Below are positions 55,389-64,000 of a DNA stretch of 64,000 bases, piece after piece. A program made the position numbers and the translations under genes. Each line of letters opens with the position of its first letter. Within the stretch, counting starts at the first letter, position 1. The notes under the pieces are model-generated. The model ran no database searches. It was not told the DNA's origin and saw nothing but the letters and a program-made list of their open reading frames with translations. Source of the stretch: Octopus vulgaris (lineage: Eukaryota); contig OX597832.1 in the NCBI GenBank assembly GCA_951406725.2, positions 55,614,001 to 55,678,000 of the forward strand, read 5' to 3'.

Positions 55389-56119
55389 TATATAGATACG
55401 TACATGTACATACCTACATATATATGTATATATACATGCATATATAGGTACAGGACATTAAAAAACGTTGAACATAATGAAAAACGTAAACATAAAAACA
55501 AAAACACAGAAACGAACTTTTTTGGGGAACAACGAAAATAAAACAAACAGAGAAACGAGACGTACAACATAAAGAACATTCCTCTTCTTCAGTTGTCCCT
55601 GTTTCATCTACTCCACATTACGAAGGCAAGGAGAAGACGCGACTTGTAGTGGGTGGATTGCAGAGGGGCCAAGTCTTGGATAGATTTTAAAATTATTATA
55701 TCGATCCCAGTAGGTCTAAAGGCAAAGTCAACCCCGCCCATTTTAAGTTCAGTCTATTGTTTTGTCCTTATTTAAAACTTATATTCAGTGCTCCGTATTT
55801 TCCGGTGTATAAGCCGCTATTTTTACCTGGGAAATTTAGTGTGCCGCTTAGAGAAAGGTACACCTAATGTGTGTATTTAATTTGTGTATGGAGATCGAAT
55901 GATTCCACTGATTTTTTCAGAGGAAAGATCAGTCGTTGAACAATGTAGAAGACTACTGACACAGTAGTACTAGGCTTATAAAGAATAAGTCCTGGGGGTC
56001 GATTTGCTCGACCAAAAGCGGTGCTCCAGCATGGCTGCAGTCAAATGACTGAAACAAATAAAAGAATAAAAAAATAAAAAGGAATAGGCACGAGGCCGGA
56101 AACTTTGGCTGGAGCGCCA

Positions 56120-56376
56120 AGGTAGGAGAGTGAAAGGTAGGAGAGTCCAGTTTGCTGGACATTGTTGTAGAGCTGAAAAAAGTAATTTCTACTCTTCTCC
56201 TCTGGAAGCCATCTACTCGCAATACCAGAGGGCGCACACTCTCCTATCCTGATGTAATCTCCAGGGATACAGGCATCCAGCAACAGGACCTCCGTAATGC
56301 TATGATGGACCGTGAAGTCTGGCGTAACATAGTAAATTCCATTGTCTCGACCACGGTCGAACAATGATGATGATGA
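56120..56376 (+). mobile_element. RTE-like LINE 3' end
   Basis: RVQFAGHCCRAE then VISTLLLWKP...RGRTLSYPDVISRDTG...AMMDREVWR, stop, (TGA)n tail. Confidence 0.75.
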
Positions 56377-56867
56377 CTGCCACAGTACATTGGTGCCCGG
56401 AAGAAAACAAAGCACATTTGTTTTGTTTTGCCTTCATGTTTTGATAATGTTATTTTTAATCTAATAAAGACATTAATATTGACGAAATGTGTTTGTTGTT
56501 GATCATAGTAAGATAAAATCAAAACAATAATAATACATCTCATAGTTGTAAAATAAGGCATTTTGAAACTACACACTCGTCAACAACGAAAAAGCTAGCT
56601 GCGGACTTGTAGCTCTATAACTTTGATAAGTTATAGATAGGTTTCGGCCAGTGTAGGCCCAGGCTACATCTAACTTAATAGCACCACATTGTGAAGTCTT
56701 TTAGTCATATATGGGGCACCATGGCCCACTCTAGCAAAGAGTTATTATTATTGGAGACATATCCGGGTGTAGGAGGGTGGTCCGGGATTCCTTGAAGAAA
56801 TTTGTCCAGTGAACATTTGAATTTTATGGGATCCGTTTCCGATTTGACGTATTTTGGTATGGTACTA

Positions 56868-57140
56868 AAGTTCAAGGTAAAAAATAGAAAATAGTTGGTG
56901 GTTTGTGTACTTCAAGATGAAAGAGTTCGAGAATTTTATTTCTTCATGATATTGAGTTTCAGGACTGGAAATGATTAGGGGCTTCAACAGTCTTTCTATT
57001 TTTAGCCCTCAATAAAATTGTAAGATCTCATTGATGACACTTCCTTCCATTTTGCGATCGATAAAATAATACCTCTTTGATAAAGGCCACTTTAATTGTG
57101 TATGCCCAACCAACAAAATATGTGGCTTTCGGGCTGTGTT
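56868..57140 (+). repeat. ~273-bp direct repeat, copy 1
   Basis: near-identical to 60018-60291. Confidence 0.9.
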
Positions 57141-57271
57141 TTTTACTCTTTTACTTGTTTCAGTCATTTGTGACATCACGTTGCTATGTGTACCGAGTTC
57201 GAATTTTGTAGTGAGCGGATTACACAGGGGCCAAGCCTTGGATGGATTTTAAAATTAATGTCAACATCATC

Positions 57272-57506
57272 TTTTTTTACTCTTTTACTTGTTTCAGTCA
57301 TTTGACTGCGGCCATGCTGGAGCACCGCATTTGGTCGAGCAAATCGACCCCCAGGACTTTTTCTTTGTAAGCCTAGTACTTATTCTATGGGTTTCTTTTA
57401 CCGAATCGCTAAGTTACGGGGACGTAAACGCACAAGCATCGGTTATCAAGCGATGCTGGGGGGACAAACACAGGCACACAAACATATGCACACACACATA
57501 CATACA

Positions 57507-57542
<36 letters not shown>

Positions 57543-57546
57543 TACA

Positions 57547-57592
<46 letters not shown>

Positions 57593-57738
57593 TACATATG
57601 TCTGCCAAATCCACTCACAAGGTTTAGGTCGGCCCGAGGCTATAGTAGAAGACACTTGCCTCAGGTACCACACAGTGGGACTGAACCCAGAAACATGTGG
57701 TTAGTAAGCAAACTACTTACCACACAGCCACTCCTGCG
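57272..57738 (-). mobile_element. family A SINE, full length
   Basis: tail and head present. Confidence 0.85.
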
Positions 57739-57797
57739 CTTATTTGTGCAATATTGACGGAATATTTTCCGCATAACACAATATAGGCCTTTTAAAC

Positions 57798-57873
<76 letters not shown>

Positions 57874-57957
57874 CTCTATCTATCTATCTATCTATCTCTC
57901 TATCTATACATACGCTAACACACACAAATACACAAACACGCACACACACACACACAC

Positions 57958-57988
<31 letters not shown>

Positions 57989-58184
57989 TACAATCTACAC
58001 TCACACGAACTACATGCGCACGCACACAACTGGCTTTTCCAGCTTCAGTCAACCAAATTGATTCCCACGGCATTGATCGATACTGTGCTATAGTAGCAGA
58101 CCCTTATCTGAGTTATCGCGCAGCGGGATTGAACCCGCAACCACATGGTTGCGAAGCGAACGCTTTAATCACACACCCATGGCC

Positions 58185-58231
<47 letters not shown>

Positions 58232-59499
58232 GCAAGAAGTGGGGAGAGATCTTTTCCCTTATACCTTCTTCCTGTTTCCTTATACCATTTAATTTCCCTC
58301 TGCTTGCTTCAAAAATATTTTTCTAATCCCACGGTTGACATATATAACAGAATTCTTCTCCAACAACCAAAATCTCTGTACTTTTCTGTAATTCTATTTA
58401 TACCAGCTTTCAAGTGGTGGCATCGCTGCACTCTTTGTAGTTTCCTGTTTTTCTATCATAGCTCTTTAATTCATTTACTCTCCACTTTATTACGTTCAAG
58501 CTGTAGTTTATAACCACCACGGCTAATATTTTTATAACTATTATATAATTTCTAGCAACGAGTTTAGTTTTTAATATTAATCTCTTCACTATGTCATCTT
58601 TTCTGTCTAATGTAATATTTCGCTTTCATCTTCTCCTAAATATTAGTATGGGCGGGTTTCGCTTTAATTATATAATTCCGATGTCTGTGTCTAATTTAAT
58701 GTCCCACTTTTAGTTAATTTGCCTCCTCTTATAATAGATTTGGCTAATTTCACTAATCTTATACTCATATACATTGGTTGAATTAATGAATAGTTTTCAG
58801 TGGGTTTTCCAACTGGGTGTTATCCCTTGTGAATATGTTTAAAACGACAGTTTAGGATTTGTCAGAAGCGTCTCTACGATCACGTGGAGGTAGAGACGCT
58901 ACTGACAAAGGATTCGTTAACGGGGTCAGAGTTGGCCGAAGAAGCAGAGCGGACAATGGTTCTGCTTGTTTTTGTTTTTGTTTTTCTTTTATATATATTT
59001 ATCAGTCCTTTGTTGTTCTCTGAAATGCTTATCGACTGACTCCCTGCGCGCTTCCAGTAACACCCTGGGGTCCAGACAGAAAGTACTTTTAGTTCAGTAA
59101 AACTCCAGCTACATTAAAAGATTAGAAACGTGTTTTAGCTGCTTCTAATTCTATTTCCTCACCAAACACTTGTTTATAACCATATCGTCTTATCGCTGGC
59201 GTTGACTATACAACATTTTTGTTTGTTATATTTTTTCAAACGCTGTAACCAATCAAAAGTGGTTTAATCAGATATAATGTTTATTCAGCAGAGCTTATCT
59301 ATCGTACATCATCGTTAGATATCACTTTACTGCATTGAGGGGAGTGTGAACAGACTAAATCGATGAAATCAAGCTGGTTATTATAATTGTAAATGTTCTG
59401 ACGACATACTATGATTTCTAAAAGCAGCAAATGGCTTTTCCACACAGATACAATATGTGTTACTATATTTTTCGAGGTTATTAACCTCATCTTCAGTAT

Positions 59500-59706
59500 T
59501 AAGAAGATTGTTTCCCAACCCTATGGTTCCGGGTTCAGTCTCACCGTGTGTCACTTTGGGTAAGTGTCTTATCTTATAGTCTTATAGCCCCGGACCAACC
59601 AAATCCTTGTGAGTTGATATGGTAGACGAAAACTGTAAGAAGCCCGTATGTATGTATGTATGTATGTATGTATGTATGTATGTATGTATGTATGTATGTA
59701 TGTATG

Positions 59707-59738
<32 letters not shown>

Positions 59739-60017
59739 AATATATATATATATTGTGTGTGTTTGTGTGGTTATGTATTTGTACGTGTGTGTGTACTTTT
59801 GTGTTTCTGCTTGTCTTCTATGGCCGCTTGACAACCGGTGTTGGTTTGTTTACGTACCCGTAACTTAAGGTCGATGGAAAAAGGGGCCGATAGAATAAGT
59901 AGAAGGCTTTAAAACAAACAAACAAACAAACAAAATAAATAAATACCGCGCTAGATTTCTTCGACTAAAATATATGAATGCGGTGCCCCAGCATGGCCGC
60001 AGTCCAATGATTGAAAT
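59500..60017 (+). mobile_element. family A SINE, diverged
   Basis: GGTTCCGGGTTCAGTC...GCGGTGCCCCAGCATGGCCGCAGTCC. Confidence 0.75.
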
Positions 60018-60291
60018 AAGTTCAAGGTAAAAAATAGAAAATAGTTGGTGGTTTGTGTACCTCAAGATGAAAGAGTTCGAGAATTTTATTTCTTCATGAT
60101 ATTGGGTTTCAGGACTGGAAATGATTAGGGGCTTCAACAGTCTTTCTATTTTTTAGCCCTCAATAAAATTGTAAGATCTCATTGATGACACTTCCTTCCA
60201 TTTTGCGATCGATAAAATAATACCTCTTTGATAAAGGCCACTTTAATCGTGTATGCCCAACCAACAAAATATGTGGCTTTCGGGCTGTGTT
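60018..60291 (+). repeat. ~273-bp direct repeat, copy 2
   Basis: near-identical to 56868-57140. Confidence 0.9.
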
Positions 60292-61084
60292 ACCCATCTC
60301 TTTTACTCTTTTACTTGTCTCAGTCATTTGACTGTGGCCATGCTGGAGCACCGCCTTTAGTCGAGCAAATCGACCCCATGCGAAAATAAATTAAAAGCTC
60401 TTATGATGTAAAACATTATCGGTTACTCATACGTAGTCTATGTGTTTTATTCATACGCCAAATTTGCTGCGGGATAGCTTCTTGGGAAAGCTCCTTACTC
60501 AACACTGAGCGTTAAAAAAGCACCAGAATATTACAGACCAAGCGAGACAATTCAGCTCGGAATCACCGAGAATGGTAGACACTGGTATTTCGTCATTATT
60601 GCGGCTTATCAATATTGAGTCATACTCGGCTCATCTTGAAACGAGGTGAATCATTGATCTGTGATTTATATGCAGACAGACTGAACTCTATTTGCTCCAT
60701 TGGATAACATCAGTGGCGTGGAGAAGCGAGGCTGGTATGCATTGGAAACTGCCGGTCTTCTTGTGCCTCAGAGGGGAACTTTCTAGGTGAAATTATATGG
60801 TCATTCATGGTCATTCTTTGCCCATTACCCAATTACGTCAGCAACTCATAACTTATGAATATGGTACTTTATAAACTTCACCATCTGTCGTTTTCGTTTC
60901 ATCAAAGTGGCAGTCACTCATTAACCGACATTTTATCAATATAGTACCTCATTAACAGATGGTTTATTAATAAAGTAGTACCTTAATAACTACAAGGTTA
61001 TTAATAATATAGTACCAAGTTTTAGTAGTACATTCACTCATGTAGTATCTAATTAATTGGGTTTTGTCAATATATGAATGCAGT

Positions 61085-61739
61085 AGAATGGGGAGGAGAA
61101 GAATGAGGAGGAGGAGGAAGAGGAGGAAAAGAAGGAGATAAAGAAGATAAAGAAGAAAAAAATGAAGAAGGTGAAGAAGAAGGAAGAAGAAGGTGAAGGA
61201 GGAGGTAAATGAGGAGGAGAAAAGGAAGACAGAGAAGAAAACGTGAAAGAAGAAAAGAGGTGAGAGAAGTAGAAGAAGAAGAAGAAGAAGAAGAAGGGAA
61301 GGAAGAGAGGGAGGAGGAGAAAAAGATGGACAAAAAAGTGAATGAAAAAGAGAAGTGGAGGAGGAGGAAGAAGAAGAAGAAGAGGAGAAAAAGATGGAGA
61401 AGAGAAAGTGAAAGAAGATGAAGAAGAAGGAGATGAAGAAAAAGTAGAGGAAGAAGAAGAGGAGGAGAAAAAGATGGAGAAGAGAAAGTGGAAGAAGATG
61501 AAGAAGAAGGAGGAGGAAGAAGATGCAGAAGAAGAAGAAGAAGAAAAAGGAGGAGGAGGAGGAGGAGGGGAAGGAGAAGAAGAGAAAGAAGTGGAAGAAG
61601 GAAAGGGAGAAGAACAAGAGGAAAAAGAAGGGAAGAAGAAGGAGAAGAAGAGGAAGGAGAAGAAGAGGAAGGAGAGGAAGAAGATGAAGAAGAAGAAGAA
61701 GAAGAAGAAGAAGAGGAAGACGTGGAAGGAGAGGAAGAA

Positions 61740-61770
<31 letters not shown>

Positions 61771-61800
61771 TGGAAGAAGTGGAAGAAGAAGAAGAAGAAA
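61085..61800. repeat. polypurine (GAA/GAG)n low-complexity tract
   Basis: direct reading. Confidence 0.9.
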
Positions 61801-62199
61801 TCCATATGAATTAAACATCAACCCCGCCACCGTCTATTGTCGTAACAACTTCCTCTCAATGCTTATTCGAAACTAAGTCGTCTTCTCCTACACGAAGAGT
61901 TAAGAGTCTTTAGCGGAGACAGCGCTGCTGTATCGTTATTTAAGTTATTCTGCTGTTGATTTCCACCAACTTGTAGATCTTGCATAACGAGCTGCCTGTC
62001 GCAAAGATAGAAAATTAAGACTCCATTAAGATTGGTAGATGCTAACGTAGACACAACAGACATAAAGACATATTCTGTACACAGGTACACACACGCACGC
62101 ATGCTCACAAACACACACACATACACACACACACACGGATACACGCACACACACACGGATACACGCACACACACACGCCAAAGGTAACCACAAATTCAC

Positions 62200-62381
62200 A
62201 TACATACATGCATTTATACATACATACATACATACATACATACAAACATACATACATACATACATGCATACATACATACATACATACATACATACATAGA
62301 CAGACAGAAAGAGAGACAAATAAACAGACAGACAGACAGACATACAGGCAGACAGACAGACAGACAGACAGACAGATAGAC

Positions 62382-62449
<68 letters not shown>

Positions 62450-62515
62450 TGACATACAGACAGCCATTGGGACAGACATAGAGACAGATAAATATAGATA
62501 GATAGATAGATAGAC

Positions 62516-62574
<59 letters not shown>

Positions 62575-62820
62575 CAGACAGATATATAGATAGCCATACA
62601 GATATACAGACAGACATACAGACAGCCGTACAGGCAGATAAATAGATAAAGATAAATAGACAGATGGACAGACAGACATACAGACATAGAGATATATAGA
62701 TAAATATAGTTAGATATATAGAGAGATATATAGATAGGCAGACAGACAGACAGGCAAACAAGCAGACTGTCAGGTAGACAGACAGAAAAACAGACAGACA
62801 GACAAAGAGACAGATAGATA
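62200..62820. repeat. compound (CATA)n/(GACA)n/(GATA)n microsatellite
   Basis: direct reading. Confidence 0.9.
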
Positions 62821-63639
62821 GGACGAACAAGTATCTAATCCAATATGGCGTATAGCCTTGTTCTGTTTCGCTACTTCCTGCCAGCCTGTTGTGTATTCTT
62901 GTCAGTGACAAAATGTGTTCGATGGCTTCTTTTCTCTCTCTTTTTTTCTTCTTTTCTTTAAAATTATCGCAATCTCAGAAAATCTCATGCTTAAATCACC
63001 CAAATGACTTATGAAATTTTGAAGGCTACGTTGTTAATATTTATTAAACACTCCTTGTCAAGTTATTTATCATCAACAAGTCTTTATCAAACCAAGATTG
63101 CTAAGGAATTATGGGCAAACCAATTATTGTTCATGCTTGACAACAAGCACGTCGTTGATATGAATTCCAAACTCACGCCACCCACTTCCGTTGAACGTTC
63201 GCCGCCATCTTGTAATCTTTACAAATACCTGTTTGACAGGAAATTTAACAAAATTCATTGTGTTTATTTTGTTATTTACACTCATTAAGTGTGTGTTAAT
63301 TTTAACTCGACTCATATCAGATATTATTAATATAACAATATAGAATGGAATACACTACAGCGTGTTTCTGGGTTTACTTTTATAGAATTCTTTATAAAGC
63401 GGGAGTGATTTAAGTGGTATGTCATATTAGATTGAATAAATAATGTTCATGGGGTGGCGACTGTTCTAGAATCGCAGCAGCTGGCCAAGTGGGAAAAATG
63501 TTGAACTGCGAACTAAAGGAGCGACAGTTCATAACCTGGCCCTGCGATCTTTGCACGGCTGATGCACTTAACTCGAGACATATTAGTTTTTATGTAGCGG
63601 CATCTTTTACATTTCGAATATTACATCTGTCAGGTATTC

Positions 63640-63857
63640 GACTCTGGCCATGCTGGGGCAATACTATCATGAATTCTAGGTGAATTCTAGTCGAACGAAT
63701 CGACTCCATTACGTTTGGTTTTTGAAACCTCGTACTATTATTTATCGATCTCTTTTGCCCAATCGTTAAGTTACGAGGACGTAAACAAACTAACACCGGT
63801 TGTCAGGTGGTGGTGGCGGAGGATAAAAGACACACACGCGCGCGCGCACACACACAC

Positions 63858-63904
<47 letters not shown>

Positions 63905-64000
63905 GTCTTCTTTCAGCTTCCGTCTACCAAATCCAGTCACAAATCTTTGGTCAGCCCGAGGCAGCCACACAATGGAACTGAACCCAGAACCATGTGGTTG
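63640..64000 (-). mobile_element. family A SINE, diverged, runs off the window
   Basis: TGGCCATGCTGGGGCA...GAACCCAGAACCATGTGGTTG. Confidence 0.7.

Noticed and set aside
55560-55640. Permuted hammerhead-like motif on the minus strand
   Set aside because: The GAAAC box is not intact and stems cannot be built.
60967-61830. Long poly-E/K and poly-L/F/S ORFs
   Set aside because: Open in several frames on both strands because of GAA/GAG repeats.

Overview
Eukaryotic, AT-rich, repeat-saturated genomic DNA. The tRNA-derived SINE families and the very dense (TA)n/(CA)n/(TACA)n/(TAGA)n/(TAA)n microsatellites resemble an Octopus-type coleoid cephalopod genome (recognised from memory, not searched). 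No intact host protein-coding gene can be called with confidence, and almost all ORF-track entries are microsatellite or SINE read-throughs. The recognisable coding remnants are all mobile: a decayed Tc1 transposon with TIRs (6480-8000), a Penelope-like GIY-YIG fragment (25215-25753, copy 39574-40112) and RTE-clade LINE 3' ends. There are also a non-autonomous Helitron and Tigger/mariner MITEs. A 14.3-kb block (22217-36511) is repeated (36612-50863) across a 100-N gap and is most likely an unmerged contig/haplotype overlap. The most interesting signal is a set of Penelope-type minimal hammerhead-ribozyme motifs in several small non-coding repeat families, including a tRNA-headed SINE that carries one near its 3' end (12186-12552). 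Other leads are a 138-bp-arm palindrome, a pre-miRNA-like hairpin (58858-58911), microsatellite-targeting elements, an RFX X-box and a possible small spliced ORF.
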